Assembly (NCBI GenBank): GCA_036381995.1
Contig: DASVIS010000195.1
Coordinates: 1 to 54,057, forward strand
Length of the DNA: 54,057 bases
Direction: 5' to 3'
Source of the DNA: Vicinamibacterales bacterium
Lineage (GTDB): Bacteria > Acidobacteriota > Vicinamibacteria > Vicinamibacterales > Fen-181
The first letter of the stretch is position 1. The number at the start of each line of letters is the position of its first letter. The notes under the pieces were generated by a model. The model saw nothing but the letters and a program-made list of their open reading frames with translations, searched no databases and was not told the DNA's origin. Position numbers and translations under genes: made by a program. This document shows positions 45,615-53,923 of the stretch, in pieces.

Positions 45615-47615
45615 ATGACCCGGTATCAGATCACGTGGCGGGTGGTGCTGCTCTACGTCGCCCTCACGCTCCTGTTCACCTACCCTGTGTGGGTGCACCC
45701 CGCGACCCGGGTTATGTGGGCGAGCGACGACACCAACCTCTTCGCGTGGACGCTGTCGTGGGATACCTACGCGTTCACCCACCACCCGCTCTCGATCTTC
45801 GACGCGAACATCTACTACCCGGAACGCTACACCCTCGCGTACTCCGAGAACCTGATCGGCAGCGCCGTGATCGCCGCGCCGGTGCTGTGGCTGACGGCCA
45901 ACCCCATTCTCGCGATCAACGTGGTGGCGCTGCTTTCGTGCGTCCTGTGCGGCGTCGGGACGTATGTCCTCGCCCGACGGGTCGGCATCAGCCCGTCCGG
46001 CGCCATTCTCGCGGGGATGGTGTTCGCCTTCGCGCCGCCCCGCCTGCTCCGGTTCGGGCAGTTGCACCTGACGACCGTCCAGTGGCTCCCGTTCGGCCTC
46101 GCATGCCTTCACGCGTACCTGGACGAGGGCCGCAAGTCGGACCTGCGCCTCGCCATCGCCTTCCTGAGCCTGCAGGTAGTCACCAGCGGGCACGGCGCGG
46201 TGTTCCTCACGTTGTCGATGGCGCTCCTCCTCACCTACCGGTTTGCGCTCGGAGAGCCGCTGGCTTTGACGCGGCGGCTGCGTGATGTCGGCCTCGCCGG
46301 CCTGCTACTGCTGCTGCCCGCCGTCCTCGTCATGATTCCGTACCAGGTCGTGCAGCACGAGATGGGCCTGAAGCGCACGCTCGAAGACTGGGCCACGAGC
46401 GCCGAGAGCTTCCTCTCGTCGCCGGCGCACGCGCAGCAGTACCTGCTCTCGTGGCTCCCGGGCCTGCGGATTCGCGAGAACGCGCAAGCGCACCTGTTTC
46501 CGGGCTTCCTCCCGATCCTCCTCGCCCTGGCGGCCTGCGTCCCCGGCCGGGGGATGCGCGGCGGAAGAGCGAGAACCGCCCCGCGCTCCCGCGACTGGTG
46601 GCATCGCGCCGCTGTTGTGCTGGAGACCCTGGTGCTCGCCAGTGCGGCCTCGACCGTCTACGTCGCGCTCGCCGGGCCGGTCAAGCTGATACTCTGGCAC
46701 GTTCGGGTGCTCGCTATTCGAGACGCGGTTCGGCCGGGACTCGTCCTGGCGGCCTGCGTGATGGGGCGCCTCGCGCTCGCGTCGCGGGTCCCTCTGGCCC
46801 CGGCCGCCCGCTGGCGACGTGGGTGGCGAACCGCTGCGGACGCGGTCGGTCGAGCGGCGGCGGGCGCCTGTTCCTGGCCGGCGGCGCTGCGGGGCAACGT
46901 GACCCTGTTCTACGCCCTGTTGACGGTCCTCAGCCTGCTTCTGGCGGCGCCACCGCCTCTCGGCCTGTGGCCGAATGTCTACTGGTTGCCTGGTCTGAAT
47001 TTCATTCGCGTTCCGTCGCGCATCACGATCCTGGCACTGCTCGGCCTCGCCGTTCTCGCCGGGATCGGCTTCGACCGGTTGACCGCCTGGCTGTCACCCC
47101 GAAGGCGCGTCGCCTCCGCCGTGGGCGTCGCCGTCCTGCTCGCAGCGGAGCTGGCAGCGATGCCGTTGAGCCCATCCGAATACGCGGTGGAGATCCCGCC
47201 GATCGACCGCTGGCTGGCGACCCGCCCCGTGCCGTTTGCCATTGCCGAAGTTCCCCTTGCAGATCCGGACAACACCCCCGCCTTCGAACGCAGGCAGTCG
47301 ACGTTCATGCTCCATTCGATGGCCCACTGGCAGAAGACGATCCACGCGTTCAGCGGCTTCCGCCCGTTGCTTCACGACAAGCTGTACGAGCAGATGGGCC
47401 GTTTCCCGGACCTGGTCAGCCTTCGCAGCCTGGCTCGCCTCAGGATCACCTACATCGTCGTGCACACGGATCTCTACCGGCCAGGCGAATGGGACCGGGT
47501 CGACTCTCGCATCAGGGACTTCGGCGCCTGGCTGACGCTCGAACACGTCGAGGGGGCCGGCCGGGTCTACTCGCTTCACGACGCGGAGCTCGGAAAGCCG
47601 CGCGACGACAGATGA
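45615..47615 (+). CDS. polytopic membrane protein, putative GT-C-type glycosyltransferase-like. Paralogue of 49026..51056
   Basis: Many TM helices plus a C-terminal soluble domain. Shares with the paralogue the pattern ...DxxxFxWxL/xxxF..., YSENLIGSAVIAAPVLWL / SQPVTDVTGALLARVAG, and GVGTYVLARRVGISPSGAILAGMVFAFAPPRLLRFGQLHLTTVQWLPFGL versus AAAAYLLARHLALSPVGAAVAAIAYAFSPFHLAHAAYHAQVAQTQWLPLYL. The family name was not verified. Confidence 0.7.
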   Translation: MTRYQITWRVVLLYVALTLLFTYPVWVHPATRVMWASDDTNLFAWTLSWDTYAFTHHPLSIFDANIYYPERYTLAYSENLIGSAVIAAPVLWLTANPILAINVVALLSCVLCGVGTYVLARRVGISPSGAILAGMVFAFAPPRLLRFGQLHLTTVQWLPFGLACLHAYLDEGRKSDLRLAIAFLSLQVVTSGHGAVFLTLSMALLLTYRFALGEPLALTRRLRDVGLAGLLLLLPAVLVMIPYQVVQHEMGLKRTLEDWATSAESFLSSPAHAQQYLLSWLPGLRIRENAQAHLFPGFLPILLALAACVPGRGMRGGRARTAPRSRDWWHRAAVVLETLVLASAASTVYVALAGPVKLILWHVRVLAIRDAVRPGLVLAACVMGRLALASRVPLAPAARWRRGWRTAADAVGRAAAGACSWPAALRGNVTLFYALLTVLSLLLAAPPPLGLWPNVYWLPGLNFIRVPSRITILALLGLAVLAGIGFDRLTAWLSPRRRVASAVGVAVLLAAELAAMPLSPSEYAVEIPPIDRWLATRPVPFAIAEVPLADPDNTPAFERRQSTFMLHSMAHWQKTIHAFSGFRPLLHDKLYEQMGRFPDLVSLRSLARLRITYIVVHTDLYRPGEWDRVDSRIRDFGAWLTLEHVEGAGRVYSLHDAELGKPRDDR

Positions 47616-47786
47616 CCGTCGAGCCCGGCGGCGTCAGGCCCTACTCCGCTTCCTGGCCGATGCGCTCAACTGGCTCCACGTCCCGCGGCCCCGGGGCGCT
47701 TTCTCCTGCCCGCCCTCCAGACGGTCCTTGGCGTATGCCACGAGCCCCGTCCAGAATTGAATACTCCAGATGTGGAGGAAGATGTC

Positions 47787-48206
47787 ATGTCGCAGCAACC
47801 ACGATGCGCCGGATGGACATGGCTGGCCACGGCGGCCATCGCCGGCACGTTCGTGCTGTCGACCGCTGCCTGTGCTCCGGCCGTATACAGTTCCCGCGGG
47901 CAGAGCGTCTACTCGGCGACGCCCTACGACCGCCTGCAGCAGCGCTCACAGCAGCTCGAGATGCTGGCCGCACGGGCGAGAGATAGGGCGAGGCTCGACC
48001 AAGGGCGCGGCGGGCGCCTCGAAGTCACGGACCGCATGGACGACTTCACGAAGCACGCGCACGACCTGCGCCAACTCGTGCGCGAACGTGTCGCCGCGCC
48101 CTTGGCCAAGGCGCAGCGGGGTTGGGCGAGTTACCAGCAGAATGAGCGTGCGGCGGTTTGGCCGCCGCACGCAGCTAGCGCGGCTCTCCTTCACGGTCCG
48201 GCTTGA
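47787..48206 (+). CDS. small putative lipoprotein, hypothetical
   Basis: GGAGGA RBS 7 nt before ATG 47787. MSQQPRCAGWTWLATAAIAGTFVLSTAAC lipobox-like. The helical remainder has no recognised family. The 3' end overlaps the convergent methyltransferase gene by 32 nt. Confidence 0.45.
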   Translation: MSQQPRCAGWTWLATAAIAGTFVLSTAACAPAVYSSRGQSVYSATPYDRLQQRSQQLEMLAARARDRARLDQGRGGRLEVTDRMDDFTKHAHDLRQLVRERVAAPLAKAQRGWASYQQNERAAVWPPHAASAALLHGPA

Positions 48207-49053
48207 TGGCGACCGTCGCCAGCAGGTACCCGTGCCGCCGCACGGCCGGCAGGTGGCGATCGAGGAAGGCAAAGGGCCATACGAGGGCCCCGGTGACCGC
48301 CGCAAGCGGCCGGCACCACGAATAGCAGGCCAGGTCGAGCATCCTGAGCCAGCCCGGGATGAAGAGGATCGCCGTCTCGGCGACCACGGTGAAGCCAGAC
48401 CGTTCCAGCATCTGACGCAGGGCACGACGCGAGAAGGACTTCTCGTACCCGTAGGCGTAGAGTCCCAGGGCCTGGAGCGCCGCCGCAACGAGCGGCCGGA
48501 GGAACGGGTCGTGGCGGTTCGGCACGCCGACGATGGCACGGCCGCCGGGCCTGAGAACCCGCGCCATCTCCTTGAGGGCGCGCTCGAAATCGCGAACGTG
48601 CTCGATGGTGCCCATGGAATAGATGGCGTCGAAGCTCGCGGTGCAGAACGGCAGCTCGCGGACGTCGGCGACCGCGCCATGGAGCGGCGCGCCGTCGAAG
48701 GCGGCCCTCGCCTGAATCACCGTCGGCTCGGAGACGTCGATGCCGTAGACGCGCGCGCCCTGCTGGCTGGCCCAGGCGAGGATACGCGTGTTCTTGGCCT
48801 CGTCCCAGAGATCGGTCTTGAGGATCCTCAGCCCCTCGAGCGGAGGGAAGTGCTCGACGAACAGGCGGCGTTCGTTCTCGGCGTAGTACCGGGTCGAGAC
48901 CGCCCCGCCGAGGTCGGGGAAGTGCTCGCCCACGTCCGCCCAGAAGCGGCGGTAGGCGGACCCACGCCGCCCGTCGCCCGATACGGTCGAGGCTCTAGCG
49001 CCATCGTGCAGGTCCGACGGATATGTCACGGATGCTCCCCCTGCACCGTCCAT
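48175..49053 (-). CDS. class I SAM-dependent methyltransferase (Methyltransf_11-like)
   Basis: ILKTDLWDE...ARVYGIDVSEPTV...FDAIYSMGTIEHVRDFERALKEMARVLRPGGRAIV. ATG 49053 overlaps the upstream gene by 28 nt. An in-frame GTG at 49029 would give a GTGA overlap with its stop. Confidence 0.85.
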   Translation of the reverse strand: MDGAGGASVTYPSDLHDGARASTVSGDGRRGSAYRRFWADVGEHFPDLGGAVSTRYYAENERRLFVEHFPPLEGLRILKTDLWDEAKNTRILAWASQQGARVYGIDVSEPTVIQARAAFDGAPLHGAVADVRELPFCTASFDAIYSMGTIEHVRDFERALKEMARVLRPGGRAIVGVPNRHDPFLRPLVAAALQALGLYAYGYEKSFSRRALRQMLERSGFTVVAETAILFIPGWLRMLDLACYSWCRPLAAVTGALVWPFAFLDRHLPAVRRHGYLLATVAIKPDREGEPR

Positions 49054-51056
49054 CTCCAGGCGCCGAACGCAACCGACAGCGGACGTCGGTCACCGTTCTT
49101 CAGCAGATCGGCCGCCACGGTCGGAGCATCGATCGGATGGAACACGAGCTCATGATCGCCCGGCGTCAGCGCGAGCGGACCAATCCGGTGGAAGCGACGT
49201 TCTACCTCGATCACCAGCCGCTGAACCTCCTGCCGGTCGAGCCGCAGCTCCAGGCGACGGGGCCCGCCAAACGCCGACATCTCGATGTCAACGGAGGCCA
49301 CCATCGGCCGGCCGCTTCCGTTCACGATCTTCCAGGACGCATCGGGTCCCATCCATCGCCAGGTCATGCCCTCGAGGTGCTCGCGCGGAGAGAACGCCGT
49401 CATCTTCGCGGTGTAGACGGAGGGCGGTGGCGCCGTGACCGCGAACACTTCGCCATCGCCGAAGTGCGTCTGCGCTCGCAGGCCGTCGGGTGTGGGCTGA
49501 CGGGCGAACCATCGTCCATCCCATGTGTCTCGCCGCACGAGCAGATGCGTGTAACCCTCGGCCGCAAGCTTCCGGGAGAGGTTCGGCTCCATGCAGTCAT
49601 CGAACGGGCCGCCCAGCAGCGAGACCTGGTGGTCCGTCAGCCACTGCACCGACGCCGACTCCGGCGTGAGCGGGACGCAGTCGAGCACGCGCAGACGATC
49701 GGGCTGCCGCACGATCCATCGGTGCGCGGTCGTGGGCAGCACGTCGCGCCAGAGCGCCGGCGGCCACACCGCGTACTCGCCGACGGTGAGCACGAGAAGC
49801 GCGATGCACACGATCTGCCCGCGCCACGTTCCTGTGTGGCGAAGACGATCCACGCCGATGCCTGAGAGCAGCGCCGCCATGAGCTGGACCATCACCCCGA
49901 ACCGGGCGTACGCTCGGAACATCGGAACCAGGCCGTACAGCAGGCCGGACGGTCGGACGATCGTGAACGGGCCGATCCGGCGCTCGGGCGAGAGCGAGCA
50001 CGCGAGCGCGGCGACCGCGACGGCGACAATGACCGGGACCTGCGCGAGCGACGCCGGTCGTCGATCGCGGGCCAGCCATCGAAAAGCCGCGATGAGGCCC
50101 AGCGCGACGATCCCCCAGCCGATGCTCACCTGCTGTTCGAGCATTCCCTCGCGGACACCGGAGGCGGCCCAGATGCGATGGGCGAGGTCGCCGAGGAGCG
50201 GATGCTCAACGGGCGGGACGAAGTAGCTCCACCATTTCGCGCTGTGTGGGAACAGAGCCGCGCGCGGGAACGCGAAAGCGGCCCGGTTGACGACGACCGC
50301 GTGAGCCGCCCACCACGCGTACGCCATGCCGGCACCAGCCATGAATAGGAGGCTGCCGACCGTGATAGCTAATCGGCGTGTCGACCCTGCATCACTCCGG
50401 GGCCGGACCAACCAATAGGCGGCAATGGCGACCGGCGTGATGACGGCCGCGATCAGGCCCCCGTAGAAGTTCGAGAGCGCCACGGCAACGGTCGAGACGC
50501 CAAGAAAACCCACCGCTACCGGCGTCGAGGCGTCGAGACAGCGCCAGAGTGCGAGGAGGTACAGCGGAAGCCACTGGGTCTGCGCGACCTGGGCGTGGTA
50601 CGCGGCGTGGGCGAGGTGGAACGGCGAGAACGCGTAGGCAATCGCCGCGACGGCGGCGCCGACCGGCGACAGCGCGAGGTGACGCGCGAGCAAGTACGCC
50701 GCTGCCGCGGAGAGCGGGAAGCTGAGGAGGACTAGCCAGTTGTACGCAGCCACCGGGCCCGCCACGCGCGCGAGCAACGCCCCGGTGACATCGGTGACCG
50801 GCTGCGAGTAGATCTCGAGGGCGATCGGGCGGCCGAACTGCTCCATCACCGTGAAGGGGTCGTGGTGGCGCCCGACGATCTCCATGCCAAAGAGCCGCTC
50901 GGACGGCGCCCGAAGGACGGGGCCGGCGATCACCAGCGTGACGATCAGCGCGACCGCCGAGACGGCTGCCGCCTCGCGCCATTGCCCCGCCCGTCGCGGC
51001 GGCTGCGTCGGGCCCGGCCCGGCGTCCGCTGGTGACGGTTCCGGAGCCTCAACCAC
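49026..51056 (-). CDS. polytopic membrane protein, putative GT-C-type glycosyltransferase-like. Paralogue of 45615..47615
   Basis: See the paralogue entry. The track start (51113) is a TTG. I prefer in-frame GTG 51056, which overlaps the upstream stop by 8 nt. The start remains uncertain. Confidence 0.7.
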   Translation of the reverse strand: MVEAPEPSPADAGPGPTQPPRRAGQWREAAAVSAVALIVTLVIAGPVLRAPSERLFGMEIVGRHHDPFTVMEQFGRPIALEIYSQPVTDVTGALLARVAGPVAAYNWLVLLSFPLSAAAAYLLARHLALSPVGAAVAAIAYAFSPFHLAHAAYHAQVAQTQWLPLYLLALWRCLDASTPVAVGFLGVSTVAVALSNFYGGLIAAVITPVAIAAYWLVRPRSDAGSTRRLAITVGSLLFMAGAGMAYAWWAAHAVVVNRAAFAFPRAALFPHSAKWWSYFVPPVEHPLLGDLAHRIWAASGVREGMLEQQVSIGWGIVALGLIAAFRWLARDRRPASLAQVPVIVAVAVAALACSLSPERRIGPFTIVRPSGLLYGLVPMFRAYARFGVMVQLMAALLSGIGVDRLRHTGTWRGQIVCIALLVLTVGEYAVWPPALWRDVLPTTAHRWIVRQPDRLRVLDCVPLTPESASVQWLTDHQVSLLGGPFDDCMEPNLSRKLAAEGYTHLLVRRDTWDGRWFARQPTPDGLRAQTHFGDGEVFAVTAPPPSVYTAKMTAFSPREHLEGMTWRWMGPDASWKIVNGSGRPMVASVDIEMSAFGGPRRLELRLDRQEVQRLVIEVERRFHRIGPLALTPGDHELVFHPIDAPTVAADLLKNGDRRPLSVAFGAWRWTVQGEHP

Positions 51057-52515
51057 GAGCGCCGTCTCCCACCGGACCCGCGACCGGGGTCGGCCTGCCG
51101 GACAGCCGGTCAACGTTCACGACGGCCGCGATGACGAGGATCGGACCGACCACCGCCCACGCGCGGACGTCGCGCACGTGGGGCGTGAGGCCGGAGTGGC
51201 TGGCAACGGCGTGGAGCGCCAGCAAGGCTGCGATCTGGGTCAACGCGAGGAGCGCGAGGCCGGCCAGAAAGCGCCTCCAGCCGACGACGACGAAGGCCGC
51301 CACCCAGAGCGCCACATAGAGGCCAACCTGGAAGCCGGGGAAGAGCGTGATGGCGCCCTGTGGGTCATTTACCGGCGTGCCCGCGGCGACGCGCGACAGC
51401 GCGCCGCCCCCCAGCAACTCCGCTGCCCGCCCGACCAGGGCCGTGTAGGGCGCGCCGAGCAACTGGACAAGCGCGAAGCCCAGCACCACGGCGAGCAGCG
51501 TCCGGCGCACGGCCGTCTCGCCGGCGCCGTGACGCCAGAGGGCGGCGACCAGCACAACCACCGCGGCGAGCAGGAGTTGGTAGAAGGCGTGAACCAGGAA
51601 GACCGGCGACGCCACGAGGGCAGCGGGGAGGGCCACGACCAGGAGCCGGGCGATGCCGAGGCCGACAAAGAGCGGTGCTGTCGCGAGAAGGCCCAGCGCG
51701 GCCCTGCGCCACGTGCTCGAATAGGCGAGCACGGCCGCCAGGTAGACCGGGATGAGCGGCGTGGAGATGCACTCCTGGGTGACCATGAACGCGCCCCGGG
51801 GCGTCAAGAGCACGTTGGCCGCGGCGCTGGCCTCGACCCCAAGGAGGCGGAGCGTCGCCCCTGCCGCGCGGGCGATGAATGCGGCCACCACGAGGACGCG
51901 GGCGCTCTCGAGGTAGAGCGGCGAGGCGGCGGTGAAGAGGAGAAGGAAGCCCGCCGTGAGGAGGACGAAGCGGCGCGTGAGGCGCGCCGGTCGGCGTTCA
52001 CCGGGAAGAGCAGCGGGCGGCGAGGCCGGCAGAACGGGCGCCGCCCCGACCGCGCGCCGGCGGTCGGCGACGCGCATCCAGGCGAAGACGTAGCCGGCGA
52101 TGACGAGCGTGAGCACCGCCGGCCACAGGTAGACGTGGAGCGCCTCGAACCACGTCGGCGACCCGGCCACGCGGCCGAGGGTGCCGATGCGCAGCGTATT
52201 GAGGCCAAGGATGAGCCCCAGGCCACCGAAAACCCCCGCGAGGCGCATCCGCCACCTCGCCGGGTACGCGAGGATGACGGCCAGGCAAAGCGACAGCGCG
52301 TCAGCGCCGCTGCACGCCAGTGTGGCCTCGACGGGGAGCGCGGGCGTGCCGCAGAGCTCCACCGCGAGCCGCCCTTGCAGTTGGGTGAGCGGAAGGACGC
52401 CGTGGGTCTCTACCCAGTCCAGACGCAGGAGGCCGAACAGGCCGAGGCTCCAGGCTGCGGCTCGTAGGGTGAAGTTACGAGCGCGGGTCCAGCTGCGGGA
52501 GGTGTCCGTCGGCAC
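51049..52515 (-). CDS. exosortase/archaeosortase-family protein with two tandem catalytic-like modules
   Basis: Module 1: VEATLACSGADALSLCLAVILAYPARWRMRLAG...LNTLRIGTLG...ALHVYLWP, supplying the Cys, Arg and His of the exosortase triad. Module 2: MVTQECISTPLIPVYLAAVLAYSSTWRRAALG...LGIARLLVVALP...FLVHAFYQ. Polytopic throughout. GTG start at 52515 overlaps the upstream gene by 41 nt. Confidence 0.7.
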   Translation of the reverse strand: MPTDTSRSWTRARNFTLRAAAWSLGLFGLLRLDWVETHGVLPLTQLQGRLAVELCGTPALPVEATLACSGADALSLCLAVILAYPARWRMRLAGVFGGLGLILGLNTLRIGTLGRVAGSPTWFEALHVYLWPAVLTLVIAGYVFAWMRVADRRRAVGAAPVLPASPPAALPGERRPARLTRRFVLLTAGFLLLFTAASPLYLESARVLVVAAFIARAAGATLRLLGVEASAAANVLLTPRGAFMVTQECISTPLIPVYLAAVLAYSSTWRRAALGLLATAPLFVGLGIARLLVVALPAALVASPVFLVHAFYQLLLAAVVVLVAALWRHGAGETAVRRTLLAVVLGFALVQLLGAPYTALVGRAAELLGGGALSRVAAGTPVNDPQGAITLFPGFQVGLYVALWVAAFVVVGWRRFLAGLALLALTQIAALLALHAVASHSGLTPHVRDVRAWAVVGPILVIAAVVNVDRLSGRPTPVAGPVGDGARG

Positions 52516-52855
52516 GGGGGATCTCCTGGACCGAGACGTGACGCGCGCCGAAGGACCGGCTCAGCTCGTCGATGGCTTCCAGGCTCTTGAGCCTGGTTGA
52601 GCAGGAGAAGATGTCGATGTTCACGGTGCCGGTTTCCGGCCACGTGTGGAGGACGGCGTGCGACTCGCGCAGGATGAGGACGCAGGTGAGGCCGGCTCCG
52701 GGATAGGCGTGGGACACCGCCTGCACAATCGTTGCCCCTGCGCGCCCCAGGGCCGCGACGAAGGTCGCGGTGATGTCGTTCGGCTCGAGCGTGGCGAGAG
52801 CCTCGCACTCGCCGAGGTCGACGGAGTACAGCACAGGCAACGGATAGGTGAGCAT
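52475..52855 (-). CDS. S-adenosylmethionine decarboxylase proenzyme-like (SpeH/class 1 AdoMetDC fold, pyruvoyl-dependent)
   Basis: 126 aa from ATG 52855. The signature VLILRESHAVLHTWPETGTVNIDIFSCS matches the AdoMetDC self-processing (E-S) site and the HTWPE...D.F.C motif. The track extension to 52972 is unsupported. Confidence 0.82.
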   Translation of the reverse strand: MLTYPLPVLYSVDLGECEALATLEPNDITATFVAALGRAGATIVQAVSHAYPGAGLTCVLILRESHAVLHTWPETGTVNIDIFSCSTRLKSLEAIDELSRSFGARHVSVQEIPRADGHLPQLDPRS

Positions 52856-52893
52856 TCCGACGGGAACTATACCGAACGGCACAAAGAGCGGGG

Positions 52894-52909
52894 TGTTCAA
52901 AATTGAACA
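52894..52909. promoter_or_regulatory. candidate operator palindrome in the divergent promoter region
   Basis: TGTTCAA-AA-TTGAACA (7-bp perfect arms) in a locally AT-rich patch between the speH-like operon (start 52855) and the DUF3494 gene (start 53023). Confidence 0.3.
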
Positions 52910-53022
52910 GCCGGTTTTGCGAGCCCGGCGTAACGTCGCAGCGACCCGTGTGTGCGCGCCCGGCCCGCGCATCGGAGCGTCGGGTTCTTCCGGGCTCCGT
53001 CACTCCGGAAAGGGGATGCAGA

Positions 53023-53817
53023 ATGAAGCCCAAGCACTTGCGCCTCGTGACGAGCGTGGCATTCGCCGCGCTTCTCTGGGGCCCCTCCCTCGCGCTGGCC
53101 CAAACCGCACCACCGTCGCTGGGAACGGCACAAAGCTTCGCGGTCCTGGGTGGGCAGACGGTGACCAACACTGGCCCGAGTGTCATCACCGGAAATCTGG
53201 GTGTCAGCCCAGGCACCGCGGTCCCCGGCTTTCCTCCCGGGATCGTGAACGGGACGATACACGCCGCGGATGCGGTCGCCCTTCAGGCGCAGACCGATGT
53301 CACCACGGCGTACAATGCCCTCGCGGCCCAGGCGTGCATGGCCGACATGACCGGCCAGGACCTCGGCGGACGGACCCTCACGCCCGGAGTCTATTGCTTT
53401 ACGTCGTCCGCTCAGTTGACGGGAACGCTCACTCTCAACGCCCAGGGCAATGCCGCGGCGGTGTTCATTTTCAAGATAGCGAGCACACTGACGACCGCGA
53501 GCAACTCCCTTGTGTCCGTGACCAACGGCGGGTCAAATTGCAGCGTGTTCTGGCAGGTCGGCAGTTCCGCGACGCTGGGTACGGGCACGACGTTCGCCGG
53601 TAATATCCTGGCGCTCACGAGCATCACCCTGAACACCGGCGCAACCGTGTCGGGAAGGGACCTTGCGCGAAATGGCGCCGTGACGCTCGATAGCAACACC
53701 GTCAACGCCTCCGCGTGCGGGGCCGCCGTCCCCGCCCTCCCCGAGTGGGCGATGATTACGCTGACCGCTCTCCTGGCCCTGGCCGCCTTCACCGCCATGC
53801 GCAGGCGAGCGGTGTAA
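53023..53817 (+). CDS. secreted DUF3494 (ice-binding-like) protein with an IPTL-CTERM-like C-terminal sorting tag
   Basis: Signal peptide MKPKHLRLVTSVAFAALLWGPSLALAQ. DUF3494 pattern LGTAQSFAVLGGQTVTNTGPSVITGNLGVSPG...LGGRTLTPGVYCF...AAAVFIFKIASTLTT...NCSVFWQVGSSATLGTGTTFAGNILALTSITLNTGATVSGR. The C-terminus is VPALPEWAMITLTALLALAAFTAMRRRAV. Confidence 0.85.
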   Translation: MKPKHLRLVTSVAFAALLWGPSLALAQTAPPSLGTAQSFAVLGGQTVTNTGPSVITGNLGVSPGTAVPGFPPGIVNGTIHAADAVALQAQTDVTTAYNALAAQACMADMTGQDLGGRTLTPGVYCFTSSAQLTGTLTLNAQGNAAAVFIFKIASTLTTASNSLVSVTNGGSNCSVFWQVGSSATLGTGTTFAGNILALTSITLNTGATVSGRDLARNGAVTLDSNTVNASACGAAVPALPEWAMITLTALLALAAFTAMRRRAV

Positions 53818-53851
53818 TTGTCGATCGCTCTTCTGGTCCTGCACCAAGAAT

Positions 53852-53881
53852 GGGGCGCGAAAGCGCCCCTTTCCGTTTCTT
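53852..53881 (+). terminator. rho-independent terminator
   Basis: GGGGCGC (53852-53858), loop GAAA, GCGCCCC (53863-53869), followed by TTTCCGTTTCTT. Confidence 0.8.
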
Positions 53882-53923
53882 GACACGTAGTACTGCGGTT
53901 CATAAGTACGGCAACGTATTCCG

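Noticed and set aside
47680-47705. GC-rich near-palindrome (GCGGCCCCGGGGCGC followed by TTTCTCC) after the 45615..47615 gene, considered as a terminator.
   Set aside because: The arms are imperfect and leave essentially no loop. Not convincing as a rho-independent terminator.
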